Virus record (IMG/VR): IMGVR_UViG_3300036668_000241
Coordinates: 8,329-72,328 of that record
DNA: 64,000 nt
Direction: 5' to 3' (one strand)
DNA from: a virus
The notes beneath the pieces were generated by a model, which searched no databases, was not told the origin of the DNA, and saw nothing but the letters and a program-made list of their open reading frames with translations. Position numbers and translations under genes: made by a program. Positions 1 through 10,503 of this stretch are shown in pieces (the stretch's first letter is position 1; each line of letters begins with the position of its first letter).

Positions 1-2076
1 ACCGCTGCTCACAAAAACGCCTGCGATCTCAAGGTCTCTAGACTTTGCGTATACAACGGTCTGGCCTGACACATAGCCGTGGCTTGGCAAGTAGATAGAG
101 TCTTCAAGAAGGTTAACAACAGTAAAGATAAAACTATGACCAGTTCCTGTTCCTGCAGTTTGCAGGTCAATTTCAGGACCATTAAGAGACTGACTTAGTT
201 TAAATCTATTCTCATCAACAACTTCTTTAATGTAATAAGTAGCATTGTTTTGAAGAAGAACAACGTTAGTTCCTCCACCATTTGAGTATCTAACAGGCTG
301 ATTTGTTAAGAACCCGTGGTTAGGGATAGTTATTGTATTTGTGGAAATGTTTACAACAACACTACGGAATCCTTCAACACTTGCAGCGGAAGGACCTCTA
401 AGATTTACCGTTGTAAAATCGGGATCAGGAGTAAGGCTTAGTTTGAAAGTGTAACTGTCTACGAGCTCTACATAATAGACAGTAGATTGATTTAGATCTG
501 CTACAGGAGTGCCTGTGTGGAAATAAGTAATTGCTTCTCCATTGAACAGACCATGTGGAGATGTTGTGTTAATAGTTTCTCCGACGGTGTCTATTGTAAG
601 AGGAACTAAAGCGTGAAAAGAATTTCCATTTTGTGAAACTTCTACTGCAGCCACGTCATTGGCAGCATCTTCTGCTGTTTCATGAAGTGTAAATCCAAAC
701 ACAGAAGACTCAACTAGCTCAACAAAAACTTCACCCTCTACAGCACCAGTATTGTAGGCCGAAAGGTTTGTAATTGACTGACCAAGAATTGTCGTTGAGT
801 TTTCATAAAATCCACTAGATGTGGCAACGTTTGTTGCGGTTGGGAAAATATACGAACCGCCACCGCCACCAACAGTTGACGAAGCTGTAGCGTTTGTTGC
901 TCCACCACCGTACCCTCCAGCACCACCAGAGGATCCCCTGACTTGACCGTCCGACCCACCGCCTCCACCAAAGCCACCCCACGCGGAAGAAGTTCCTCCA
1001 GAAAATCCTCCTAGAAGACCGTTATTGAACCCGCCGCCTCCGCCGCCCACAGATGAGTTTCCTCCAGCCGAGAAAAAGCCACCGCCACCACCACCAGCGT
1101 TAATTCCTCCAGCACCGTTTCCGTTCTGTCCGCCTGTATATCCCTGAGCAGACGTTCCACCAATGGTGGTGAGTACGCCGTCACGCCCGCTATTAGCAGC
1201 TGCAGAAGAAGAACCACCGCCAGCAATAAAAAGTGGGATATTTCCTGCTTTACGAACTACAAAAGTTCCACCAGAGCTTGCGGCCCAAGCGAGGTTATTT
1301 GGAGGCAATTCTCCACGTTGCCCTACGGCAACAGTAATAGTTTCTCCTTTGTTAAGTCTAATACGTCCCTTAACAATCGCTCCACCCCCAGGAAGTGATT
1401 GTCCTTGACGACCAGGGGATCCTTTGACGGTAAACTCATAAATTCCATCTGTGGGAACAGTCCAGTCCTGATAGCCTTGATAAGATCCTTGAGCAAGGTA
1501 GTTTGTGGCCCAGGAAGCTCCGCCAGATGTGTAAGAGCTTTTAAGTTGACTAATAGTTGGACCTGTACGTCCAGTAGACCCAGCAGTGGTAAATGTATGT
1601 GACGTAAAAGTGTAGAGAGAAGATCCTCCAAGACCAGTAAGAAGGTTTTTTACGTAGTAAACCTGACCGGACTGAATGCCATTTATTGGGTTCCCGGAGG
1701 TCAAATACCTGACTGCTTGTTGGTTTTTATAAGAGACAAAAGAGATATTAAACTGATTGTTAAAGACAAAGGGAAAGTTAAACGTAGAAGAGCCTGGAGA
1801 GAAATTAGTAATGTCAATAGGATCACCATCAGGTTCATCAGTAAACTGTATGGAAAATCCATCACTTAAGGTGTAATAGACCTCTCCTGAAGTGATTCCC
1901 GTTAAATCTCCTGTAGTTTCACGGAATACCCACGCAGTGTTGTTCGTAACCTCTGTAGGGTACGCCGTCCCAGCATCCCTGTTGGGGAAATAGATAAAGT
2001 CCTCGTCAAGGTTTACATTCACCTTTTGAAGGCTGTGTGTGCCTGCTCCACCTACGGCAGTAATATTGATTGCCAT
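1..2076 (-). CDS. Virion/tail-associated protein with glycine-rich (ALK/LTK-like) domain, truncated by window edge
   Basis: Absent from the ORF track because it runs off the edge. ATG at 2076 after GGAG; reads MAINITAVGGAGTHSLQ... and contains WTVPTDGIYEFTVKG...GQRG...GGTFVV...LFIAGGG, typical of phage Gly-rich domains. Confidence 0.7.
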   Translation of the reverse strand, partial: MAINITAVGGAGTHSLQKVNVNLDEDFIYFPNRDAGTAYPTEVTNNTAWVFRETTGDLTGITSGEVYYTLSDGFSIQFTDEPDGDPIDITNFSPGSSTFNFPFVFNNQFNISFVSYKNQQAVRYLTSGNPINGIQSGQVYYVKNLLTGLGGSSLYTFTSHTFTTAGSTGRTGPTISQLKSSYTSGGASWATNYLAQGSYQGYQDWTVPTDGIYEFTVKGSPGRQGQSLPGGGAIVKGRIRLNKGETITVAVGQRGELPPNNLAWAASSGGTFVVRKAGNIPLFIAGGGSSSAAANSGRDGVLTTIGGTSAQGYTGGQNGNGAGGINAGGGGGGFFSAGGNSSVGGGGGGFNNGLLGGFSGGTSSAWGGFGGGGGSDGQVRGSSGGAGGYGGGATNATASSTVGGGGGSYIFPTATNVATSSGFYENSTTILGQSITNLSAYNTGAVEGEVFVELVESSVFGFTLHETAEDAANDVAAVEVSQNGNSFHALVPLTIDTVGETINTTSPHGLFNGEAITYFHTGTPVADLNQSTVYYVELVDSYTFKLSLTPDPDFTTVNLRGPSAASVEGFRSVVVNISTNTITIPNHGFLTNQPVRYSNGGGTNVVLLQNNATYYIKEVVDENRFKLSQSLNGPEIDLQTAGTGTGHSFIFTVVNLLEDSIYLPSHGYVSGQTVVYAKSRDLEIAGVFVSSG

Positions 2077-2116
2077 CTACAAAAAACTCCTTTTCGACAA
2101 TTGCATTCTACCGTAG

Positions 2117-4585
2117 TTATCTGACAAAGACTGCTAGACCAGTGAACGTTCTATTGGCTGCGCCATTAGAAGTAACTCCCTGGTTATACCAATTACCATG
2201 TGCCCGCCACTGGTTGTTAGTTGTGTAGCTAAAGCCGATGCCTCCACCCCATCTGCCACCTACAGTACTTGTTCCACCCATTCCGATCATGGAAACACCG
2301 TGGCCAGTTACAAGGTTTGATGTAGAAGTGCTGTAGCCGCCTGTTATGTAGCTATTTATAGCTCCGTAGTTATTGGCTCTATCCGAAAGAGTCTTAAATC
2401 CAAAAACTGTAGGGACTTGTGACTGAAATTGAGCAACACTAGTTACAGTTTGAAGTCTACGAACCCACGAGTACTCTTCTTGGGTCACTGTTGGGAACAG
2501 CCACTCATCACCATAGGTACTGAGGTTTGTTCCCCCTGTTACAGATCTCATATTTGGAATGGTTGAGTTATGACGCCATCCAAGTCTTCTAGAGGCGTCA
2601 TTAATTGAAACAACCATTATGTCGTTAAATGGAAGTTTGTAGAACAGCTTGCTGAAAGAGTCTACGTCATTGAAATTGGCATTACTAGCATCCGTAAATA
2701 GTGTTTCAAATGACGCATCTGAGTTCCATGCCCAGCCGTTCCAGTGAGGGGCAAAGGTAAACCCTGCTCCCACTCCAGAAACTCCAACACCGAGACCAGC
2801 AATACTATTTGTGAGGAGAGTACTACTAGACAGTTTCATAACCTGAGTCCAGCCGCCACTTTCAAGGGAGAAGTTGCAATAAGTTTGATGTGCAACAGAG
2901 CTTCCGACTGGCTTAATCCAGTAAGCACCATCTGGTGCGGTTGGGAATACCTCAAGAATGTCTACCGCACTTGCAGCTGCTCTAGCTTGTGTAGTTCCAT
3001 TAAGAACAAATCCTTTTTCATCTGTAAGTCTTACATGTACAGAGTTATATACTCTATCTATGTAATAGTAGTTAGAAGGAGACTCTACTGTAGTGAATGC
3101 CCCACTAACCGGATAATTGTATAGGACCATATCTGATTCTTCAAAATCATGTCCTGGGACCGCAAGTATGTTTCTATCAAGAGATACCGATACCGAAGCA
3201 AATGTCTGGGCACCCGTTCCCCCTGATGCGCTTGTGATTGTCGTTCCACCAGGCTCATCGGAGACGTTAATAATGGTTGTTGATGGGTTTGTTGCTGTGA
3301 CCCAGTAAGTGGTGTTGTTGGTTAGCCCTGTAGCAGCAACACCTGTAGTGCTATAAAAAACCATTTGGCCTTCAAGCCAGTCTGTTGCAGCACTTAAAGT
3401 AATGTTTCCTAGACCTGAAATAGAAGAAACAGTAAATGAATTTGATGCAGAGTTATCTCCATCAAACTCGTAAGCTGTTCCTCTAGTAAAACTTACGTTT
3501 GTTTGATTTTCAGTAGATTCATTATTTCCAGCAAATGAAGCTGCCAAGTCTGCTATTTGAAAAATTCCAGACATATTTGACGTTATATCTATTGCATCAC
3601 CATCTGGTACTTGACTAACTTGAAAAGTTGAGTTACTCGTCCCGAGAGTGTTATTAGTCTTTAAGAAGACAACACCTCTAGGATTTTGTTGAAAGTATCC
3701 AGAAGCGGAAGTCAGGTCATAGGAAAGAGCAGATCCAACAGAAAGACCATTAAAGTTTTCAGAAGTGTGAGCTACGGTAACGCTATCCTCTGACGTATTT
3801 ACTCCGGCCACAGCGCTTCCCACAGAGGAAGGACTGCTGGATGTTCTGTTTGTAAAGTTGTAGTTTTCCGAAGCTACGGTATTAGATCCGTCAAAAGTTC
3901 TAGCCGTTGAGTTATTTGATGCATCAAAAGTTTTTGCTTCTGTGTTAGTAGCGTCAAACTCTTGTTGAATAGTAGAGTTTAAGTTCAAGAAATAGAATGG
4001 AGTGTTTGGTCCAAAGCCATGTGGACTGTCTGTTCTAACTGTCAAAATGGAAGTTGCTTCAGCGTCTGTAACAATTCCGTCAGAGTCAGAAATTCTTACC
4101 TGAGAGCCTTGAAAGAATTCTCCAGTAATAATTGCTGTGTAGAGGTCCTCAATGGAAGCTGTAAAAAATTGATTTTCTTTGGCTAGATATGTAAAGGTTC
4201 TAGCAGTAGGAACCGAATTAATAATATATGAACCGTCTGCCGTTAAAGATTTAGTACCTGAGACGTTAATAGGAATGCCTACTGATAACCCATGATCCAA
4301 GGCGGTGCTAATAGTAATTTCTCTAGACCCTTGAATAGTTACAATAGATACAATATTTGGGATAGTGGTATCACCGGACTTTGAAAAGAATGAGGGAGTG
4401 TTGTTGATGAGTTCAACTGTTTCCCACTTAGTAGGCTGAAGGCCGTACTCGAAGTCAGTATCAATAAGGTTTTCGGGAGTAGAAACTCTAAGCTTTGTTA
4501 CAGGGTCAATAAACTGTTTAGGAAAAGTTATTTCACCGCCTGTGCCCCCGCTGCCTGACGAATTTCCACCAAGAAAACCTGGCAT
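2117..4585 (-). CDS. Virion structural/fibre protein with C-terminal fibrinogen-like domain
   Basis: 822 aa, Ser/Thr-rich beta repeats; DGAYWIKP...TYCNF...GGWTQVMK is the fibrinogen C-domain start motif. Confidence 0.65.
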   Translation of the reverse strand: MPGFLGGNSSGSGGTGGEITFPKQFIDPVTKLRVSTPENLIDTDFEYGLQPTKWETVELINNTPSFFSKSGDTTIPNIVSIVTIQGSREITISTALDHGLSVGIPINVSGTKSLTADGSYIINSVPTARTFTYLAKENQFFTASIEDLYTAIITGEFFQGSQVRISDSDGIVTDAEATSILTVRTDSPHGFGPNTPFYFLNLNSTIQQEFDATNTEAKTFDASNNSTARTFDGSNTVASENYNFTNRTSSSPSSVGSAVAGVNTSEDSVTVAHTSENFNGLSVGSALSYDLTSASGYFQQNPRGVVFLKTNNTLGTSNSTFQVSQVPDGDAIDITSNMSGIFQIADLAASFAGNNESTENQTNVSFTRGTAYEFDGDNSASNSFTVSSISGLGNITLSAATDWLEGQMVFYSTTGVAATGLTNNTTYWVTATNPSTTIINVSDEPGGTTITSASGGTGAQTFASVSVSLDRNILAVPGHDFEESDMVLYNYPVSGAFTTVESPSNYYYIDRVYNSVHVRLTDEKGFVLNGTTQARAAASAVDILEVFPTAPDGAYWIKPVGSSVAHQTYCNFSLESGGWTQVMKLSSSTLLTNSIAGLGVGVSGVGAGFTFAPHWNGWAWNSDASFETLFTDASNANFNDVDSFSKLFYKLPFNDIMVVSINDASRRLGWRHNSTIPNMRSVTGGTNLSTYGDEWLFPTVTQEEYSWVRRLQTVTSVAQFQSQVPTVFGFKTLSDRANNYGAINSYITGGYSTSTSNLVTGHGVSMIGMGGTSTVGGRWGGGIGFSYTTNNQWRAHGNWYNQGVTSNGAANRTFTGLAVFVR

Positions 4586-4657
4586 TATTAGATACCTCTT
4601 TCAGTCAGTGCGTAAACGGTGAAGGCGTCTAGCCAACGCTTGTATATCTTCATTAGA

Positions 4658-5308
4658 TTATACACCTAACCACCATGAAGTACTTATCTTATAGTTACCT
4701 TGACCGCCTGCTGGCCCCGTTGGACCGGCATTACCTCCAGCAGCTTGAACAAACACTCCTTCAAAGTAAACATATGTAATACCAGTACCTGTGTCAAACC
4801 AAGCGTCACCGTTAGTTGCAGTATCTAAAGAAGGTTGTGTGGGGCTTGCTGTAAATTTTCCGGGAGGACCCGTTGGGCCTAAAGGTCCTGGTATGTCAGA
4901 TGCCGCACCTGTTGGCCCGAGAGGTCCTGTAGCTCCGCGAGGGCCAGTGGGTCCAATCGGTCCAGTCACTCGAGAATCAGCACCCGTAGGTCCAGTTGAG
5001 CCAGTTGGTCCTTGCGCTCCTGTTGGCCCGAGAGGTCCTGTGGAACCTCGCTCACCTTGTGATCCTGTAGCTCCAGTTGGTCCTGCTACTGTGGAATCGG
5101 GTCCAGTAGGTCCTTGAATTCCATCAGGACCTGTTGGACCGGCTCCACCTGTTGCACCAGTAGGTCCAGTAGCACCTTGTGGGCCGGTAGGACCTAAAGG
5201 AGCCTGTCGAAGAACTTGCCAGTAAGTGCCATTATAAACCCATGTGCTGCCACCAGAAGTAAACTCCTCGCCTAATTCGGCGGGAGATGGAAAGTCAATG
5301 GCGGGCAT
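4658..5308 (-). CDS. Collagen-like fibre protein
   Basis: G-P-T triplets; N-terminal AIDFP...W-Y-G-W module; GDAWFD module. Confidence 0.8.
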   Translation of the reverse strand: MPAIDFPSPAELGEEFTSGGSTWVYNGTYWQVLRQAPLGPTGPQGATGPTGATGGAGPTGPDGIQGPTGPDSTVAGPTGATGSQGERGSTGPLGPTGAQGPTGSTGPTGADSRVTGPIGPTGPRGATGPLGPTGAASDIPGPLGPTGPPGKFTASPTQPSLDTATNGDAWFDTGTGITYVYFEGVFVQAAGGNAGPTGPAGGQGNYKISTSWWLGV

Positions 5309-5363
5309 CTACAAGCCTTCCTCTACTTTTGGATTATAAATATTGTACTATAGGTACCAAATA

Positions 5364-5537
5364 TCAAGTAGGATATTCGGGGCTAGCAAATCCCATATTT
5401 AATTTATTTGTCCAAGATGTCGCCCAGGTGCTGGCAGCTTCTTCCGACTCCCAGGGGCCGCTTTGATCAATAAGACTGCCGTCTGAGTATACCTTGCATA
5501 TAGGTGGATTTCCTGTTATTTGAAAAGAATATACCAT
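5364..5537 (-). CDS. Small hypothetical protein (57 aa)
   Basis: Read manually: MVYSFQITGNPPICKVYSDGSLIDQSGPWESEEAASTWA...; AAGGA upstream; fills the gap between fibre genes. Confidence 0.6.
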   Translation of the reverse strand: MVYSFQITGNPPICKVYSDGSLIDQSGPWESEEAASTWATSWTNKLNMGFASPEYPT

Positions 5538-5546
5538 ATCATTTCC

Positions 5547-6461
5547 TTAGAGTGAGTACGCCATTTTCCCAGAGTCACCGACTGCTAGGGCATAAGTATT
5601 CGTAAAAAGTAAATCATTTATTTTTGTAGACCCAAATGTAGAAGATCTTAGTGTCCAAGACTCTCCTGTAAATGAAGTTCCAAGTTTTCCGCTAAATCCT
5701 GCAACAATTGCGGATGAACTTTCATCTATACCTATCTTTACCGTTCGTAGTCCTGACACGTTAAAGGCGGTAGGAGCAGGTGACTGTACCCATGAGGTTG
5801 AGTTGGATGAGTATCCTATTTTTCCTGTATCTCCTACAGCTACATAAAAATTTTCAGAACCATGTATAGAATATATATTTGTTACAGAAAATGAAGAATT
5901 CCTTTGAGTCCACAAAATACCGTTAGTTGACGTAGATAACTTTCCTTCATTTCCTACAGCCAATACTGAAGAACTTCCAGAGTGTAAAGATCGTATAAAA
6001 CTTGTTCCAAACGAGGAAAGTCTCATAACCCAGTTCTCTCCATCTTCAGAAGTAGCAAGCTTTCCGCTTCCTCCTACTGCAACCCATAAATTGTTATTTT
6101 CGTAAAAACTAACATCAAGAATAACGCTGGACCCAAAGGAAGAATTTACCTGTATCCAAGTAATTCCATCTTCAGATATTGCCATTTTTCCTGTACTACC
6201 CGCCGCTATGAACTTTCCATCACCAAAAGCAACTGTATATATCGAACTAGTCCCAAAAGATGAAGTTCTTTGAGTCCATGTATCTAGATTTGCCGCTGTA
6301 GCTAGTTTTCCACCAGCTCCAACTGCAACAAAAATGTCATTATTTGTAGCAACTGAGAAGATATTGGACGTGTCAAAAGTTGTAATAGCTACCTGATTCC
6401 AAGAAACAGGGGTGAAAGGAAAAGGAATAGATGCCGATATGGGGTGGGTAGAGATCAGCAT
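5547..6461 (-). CDS. Beta-propeller repeat protein (BNR/YVTN-like), probably tail-associated
   Basis: About seven ~40-aa repeats of VAVG..GK.A.S.DG..W..R.SSFG. Confidence 0.75.
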   Translation of the reverse strand: MLISTHPISASIPFPFTPVSWNQVAITTFDTSNIFSVATNNDIFVAVGAGGKLATAANLDTWTQRTSSFGTSSIYTVAFGDGKFIAAGSTGKMAISEDGITWIQVNSSFGSSVILDVSFYENNNLWVAVGGSGKLATSEDGENWVMRLSSFGTSFIRSLHSGSSSVLAVGNEGKLSTSTNGILWTQRNSSFSVTNIYSIHGSENFYVAVGDTGKIGYSSNSTSWVQSPAPTAFNVSGLRTVKIGIDESSSAIVAGFSGKLGTSFTGESWTLRSSTFGSTKINDLLFTNTYALAVGDSGKMAYSL

Positions 6462-8129
6462 TTATACCACCAAACTACCGGTCAAGATCCACTGATTTGC
6501 TCCCAATTTTATCAAAGAAGCAACCGCGTACCGAGCTTTAGTGACTAGCCTTCCGCCTTCAGAGAATACAAAAACTCCCGATCCTGCAGCTACAGTAATT
6601 TGTCCAATACCGAGCTGCAAAATAACAATCTGTGTGCCAATAGGAAAGTTATATCCTGAATCTGGTTGGACTGTGAGATTCACACCAGAAGAACTATTTA
6701 TCTTTACTAGTGACGCTGCGTCAGCTTCTCCTAAAGTGTGAGAAGAAAAATATGTATCTCCAAGAAGTTCATAGAACGGAGGCCCTGTTGGGCCAGTGAC
6801 AGTAGACGCCGGTCCGGTAGGTCCGGTTGGCCCTAAAGGACCTGCAAGAGTAGACGCCGGTCCGGTAGGTCCGGTTGGACCTAATGGACCTTGCGAACCA
6901 GTAGGGCCAGTTACAGTACTTGCAGAACCAGTAGCACCTGTTGGACCGGTAGGTCCTCGATCTCCAGCAAGAGAAAATCTCCAAGCATTATATACCCCAG
7001 ATCCTGCAAAATTATCAATCGAGACAGTTATATCTGTCCCAGTTATATCTGTAATTACACCTTCCATATAGATAGTTGGCGCATCATCATAAGAGACTCG
7101 TACTCTATTTGCTTCTGCGTACGCTCCAACAGCTCCAACGGAAAAAAGTTGTAGTCCTACACCAATAGTTCTGTTTGTTGTTGAGAAAGTTACGTTGTAG
7201 TCATTACCTCTAGCACCAGTAGATCCTGTCGGACCTGTAGGTCCCGGTCCTCCTTCAGGTCCAGGTACAGCTGATGCAGCACCCGTAGGTCCTGTCGGAC
7301 CTGTAGAACCACGGATACCCGCGTCTCCTTGGGGTCCGGTTGGTCCTAAAGAACCAGTTGGTCCAGTTGGTCCGGTTGGGCCTCCTGACGGTCCTGTAGC
7401 TCCACTAGGACCAGTTGGTCCAGTTACTGATGCACCAGTAGGTCCAGTAGCACCTTGCACGCCAGTAATACCTACGAAACCTCTAGGCCCTGTTGGTCCT
7501 GTAACAGTAGAGTTAGCTCCTGTAGGACCAGTAGAACCTAAGGGTCCTTGTAATCCTTGGTTTCCTTGGTCTCCCTTATCACCTACTGGACCAGTTGGTC
7601 CTCGATCACCCTGCGGTCCAGTGACACCTTCAGATCCAGTAGGTCCAAGATCTCCTAATGGTCCAGTAGGACCAATAATTGATGCACCTGCTGGGCCAGT
7701 TTGACCTCTAGCACCTATGGGGCCGGTAAATCCTGTAGGACCTGTTGGTCCTGCAACAGTGCTGCTCTCCCCTGACGGTCCCGTGGGGCCTGTCGCTCCA
7801 GGAGGTCCAACGTTACTTGATGCCGACTCGACCCAAGCGGCGCTAGTTCCGTCATCGTAATAAACAAAAATTTGACCAGTTGCAGAGTTAAACCATGCAT
7901 CTCCACTGCCTGGATCGGAAGGAGGTACGTCAGATACTATGCTGAAATTTCCTGTTGATCCCGTTGAACCCGTAGGTCCAGTTACATTTGATCCAGCTCC
8001 AGTAGGTCCTGTAGGTCCCACCACTGTAGAAATGACAAGTTGCCACGCAGTTCCATCCCACTGCCAGCTCTGAGAGCCAGAGGTGAATACATCGTTAAGG
8101 TTTGGAGCGTTAGGAAAGTCGATAGCCAT
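6462..8129 (-). CDS. Collagen-like tail fibre protein
   Basis: MAIDFP N-terminal module, long GPT triplet tracts, C-terminal FPIGTQI...G.GQITV...LIK...W domain. Confidence 0.8.
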   Translation of the reverse strand: MAIDFPNAPNLNDVFTSGSQSWQWDGTAWQLVISTVVGPTGPTGAGSNVTGPTGSTGSTGNFSIVSDVPPSDPGSGDAWFNSATGQIFVYYDDGTSAAWVESASSNVGPPGATGPTGPSGESSTVAGPTGPTGFTGPIGARGQTGPAGASIIGPTGPLGDLGPTGSEGVTGPQGDRGPTGPVGDKGDQGNQGLQGPLGSTGPTGANSTVTGPTGPRGFVGITGVQGATGPTGASVTGPTGPSGATGPSGGPTGPTGPTGSLGPTGPQGDAGIRGSTGPTGPTGAASAVPGPEGGPGPTGPTGSTGARGNDYNVTFSTTNRTIGVGLQLFSVGAVGAYAEANRVRVSYDDAPTIYMEGVITDITGTDITVSIDNFAGSGVYNAWRFSLAGDRGPTGPTGATGSASTVTGPTGSQGPLGPTGPTGPASTLAGPLGPTGPTGPASTVTGPTGPPFYELLGDTYFSSHTLGEADAASLVKINSSSGVNLTVQPDSGYNFPIGTQIVILQLGIGQITVAAGSGVFVFSEGGRLVTKARYAVASLIKLGANQWILTGSLVV

Positions 8130-8141
8130 TTTCTACCTATC

Positions 8142-8813
8142 TTAAAGTTGAGCTTCATATTGAAACTGGACAAGAATTTTATCATTAGCACCAAAAACAA
8201 ATGGTGTCTCTGACGCTGCAGGAGCTCCTTCATCAAAAGTAGATGCTTGACTATGCATCCACATTTCTACTCTAGAATTATTGCTTTGATTAAAAATACA
8301 TGTGCCAAAATATGAAATTCCAGGTCCTTCATCTCGCATAACAACTTGACCTAAAGGTTGATAGTTATCAATCACTGCAAGGGTTGGTATTGAAAGGAAA
8401 TACGTTCCAGAGCCTCTAGAAAAACCTATAGTTCCAGCAGTTACTCTAATCTCTCCAATAATTAAAGAGCCTACAGCAATGTATCTGCCAGTAACTGCAG
8501 AGTTTCCTAGAGTTGGATTGGTAGTATTGGCAGTCCATTGGGGTGTGTAGTTCTGCCATGGAGAAGTTGTAAATGTTCCGGCGGGTCCAATTGCACCCGT
8601 TGGGCCAGTAACCGTTGAAGCTGGTCCTTGAGGACCTAAAGGTCCTGTCGGCCCTCCAACTGTGGAAGCTGGCCCGGTTGGACCTAAAGGACCTGTTGGC
8701 CCTACGGCGCTTGTTCTCACAAGTCTCCATAAAATTCCACTCCACACATATGTTTGTGTGTTGTATACGTACTGTTCCCCTATTTCAGGAGAGCTAGGAA
8801 AGTCTAATGCCAT
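8142..8813 (-). CDS. Collagen-like fibre protein with C-terminal receptor-binding-type domain
   Basis: Probable start MALDFP (ATG 8813, GGAGG upstream); GPT triplets; W..YTP.W...GRY domain. Confidence 0.75.
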   Translation of the reverse strand: MALDFPSSPEIGEQYVYNTQTYVWSGILWRLVRTSAVGPTGPLGPTGPASTVGGPTGPLGPQGPASTVTGPTGAIGPAGTFTTSPWQNYTPQWTANTTNPTLGNSAVTGRYIAVGSLIIGEIRVTAGTIGFSRGSGTYFLSIPTLAVIDNYQPLGQVVMRDEGPGISYFGTCIFNQSNNSRVEMWMHSQASTFDEGAPAASETPFVFGANDKILVQFQYEAQL

Positions 8814-8826
8814 GATTGTCTGCCTC

Positions 8827-10461
8827 CTATCCTGCATCCGCTATAAATGATCCGGAAATATGTAAAGTAGACGCAGTAGTAAGAGTTACTGGATTTGTAC
8901 CTGTTACTGCGGTTTTTATTCCGTTAGTTCCAGCATACCAAAGGGTCATAAAAGCTGACCCAAACTCGATGGCTCCATAAATAAGGTACTCTTCAGCTCC
9001 GTTATCTATACTTCCAAGAATTGTTTCTCGAGTAAATCCATCTGGAAGGAATGGAAGAGTTAAAGAGTACTGCCCTGTACCAAAATTGGTAACGTTAGTG
9101 AACACTATATTTACTCTAAAATGAACTAAATTACCTGTTCTAATCCAAACACCAGATCCTGGAGTTCCTAGGAATGTAAGACCTGTACCACTCCACTGGG
9201 GAGTGTATGTATTTGATGTAGGGCTTCCTGCTGGGCCCGAGGGACCGGTAGGGCCTGTAGGTCCTTGCTTATCAATAATGTCAATTACTCCAGCATTAGC
9301 TAAGTCGGTCACATCTTGATACAAAACTTGACTGGGAGCGTTTAGAGGAACATCATAGATAATTACTGGATCAGAGTCAGTAAGATTTCTTCCAAGAGTC
9401 GTGCTGTTGTTTGTTGTTCCAGGAATTGAAGAAGTATTTCCTGAGTTAAGTCGTAAGGCTACCGAGTTAGTTAGCAAGACCGCCGAAGCGTCAAAATAAA
9501 GTCTTTCTCCTCTAACTGCAACTAAAGTTGGGTTAGGCTCTGCTACTCCTTGAACGTTAAACTGAGACTCGTTAGAAGATACTAAATATGACACGCCACC
9601 TTTAGGTCCGATTGAACCTGTAGGTCCTGGAACGGTAGAAGGTTGCGTTGAAGTTGGGCCTGTAGGTCCGGTTGATCCGCTCGGTCCAGTAGGTCCGGGA
9701 ACAATACTGTCTGCACCGGTAGGTCCGGTTGGCCCTGTAGGTCCGGGAACAGTGGAGGGGGCTGTGGAAGTAGGTCCTGTTGAACCAGTGGGTCCAGTCG
9801 ATCCAATAAGAGCTCCGGCTTCAATCCATCCGTTACCTTCTGTAAAAATAAAAATAGTGTTTTCGTCGTAAATAACATAAAAATCTCCAACATCTGGAGT
9901 TAAAATCCCTAAGTCCTCTTCAAAATCTTGATAAGACTGATAAAAACCTTTTGCAGTACTTCCAAGTCCCTGAGGTCCTGAAGGTCCGGTTGCACCCGTA
10001 GCTCCAGTAGGTCCTATAGGTCCTCCAACCGTTGAGTCTTCCCCAGAATCTCCCTGAGGACCAGTAGGTCCGGTTGCACCGTCAGTACCATCTATTCCGT
10101 CTGGGCCAATTGGACCAGTTGCTCCGCCAAACTCAGTGGACCCCATCTCAATCCAGTATCCATCGTAAAAGGCATACAAAGCGCCATCTTCTGAGTTAAA
10201 CCAGACGTCACCTTCAGCTGGGTCTAATGGGGGGATGTTTGCTGCAATAGCAAATTCACCTTGCGGTCCAGTAGGACCAGTGGGGCCCGTAGGCCCGGTT
10301 GGTCCGGTAGATCCTGTGGGCCCTGTAGGTCCAGTAGGACCTGTGGGACCGACCACTTGTGATCTAACTACATCCCAAGTTGTTCCGTCCCACGACCAAC
10401 TTCTACCACTGACGGTAAAAACTTGACCAACTGTAGGAATGTTAGGAAAGTCAATAGCCAT
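8827..10461 (-). CDS. Collagen-like tail fibre protein
   Basis: MAIDFP module, GPT tracts, C-terminal YTP...[13 protein letters not shown] domain shared with the next gene. Confidence 0.8.
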   Translation of the reverse strand: MAIDFPNIPTVGQVFTVSGRSWSWDGTTWDVVRSQVVGPTGPTGPTGPTGSTGPTGPTGPTGPTGPQGEFAIAANIPPLDPAEGDVWFNSEDGALYAFYDGYWIEMGSTEFGGATGPIGPDGIDGTDGATGPTGPQGDSGEDSTVGGPIGPTGATGATGPSGPQGLGSTAKGFYQSYQDFEEDLGILTPDVGDFYVIYDENTIFIFTEGNGWIEAGALIGSTGPTGSTGPTSTAPSTVPGPTGPTGPTGADSIVPGPTGPSGSTGPTGPTSTQPSTVPGPTGSIGPKGGVSYLVSSNESQFNVQGVAEPNPTLVAVRGERLYFDASAVLLTNSVALRLNSGNTSSIPGTTNNSTTLGRNLTDSDPVIIYDVPLNAPSQVLYQDVTDLANAGVIDIIDKQGPTGPTGPSGPAGSPTSNTYTPQWSGTGLTFLGTPGSGVWIRTGNLVHFRVNIVFTNVTNFGTGQYSLTLPFLPDGFTRETILGSIDNGAEEYLIYGAIEFGSAFMTLWYAGTNGIKTAVTGTNPVTLTTASTLHISGSFIADAG

Positions 10462-10503
10462 TAGTTTCTACCTTTCTTTCCTAAATTTATTATTATAGCT
10501 CTA

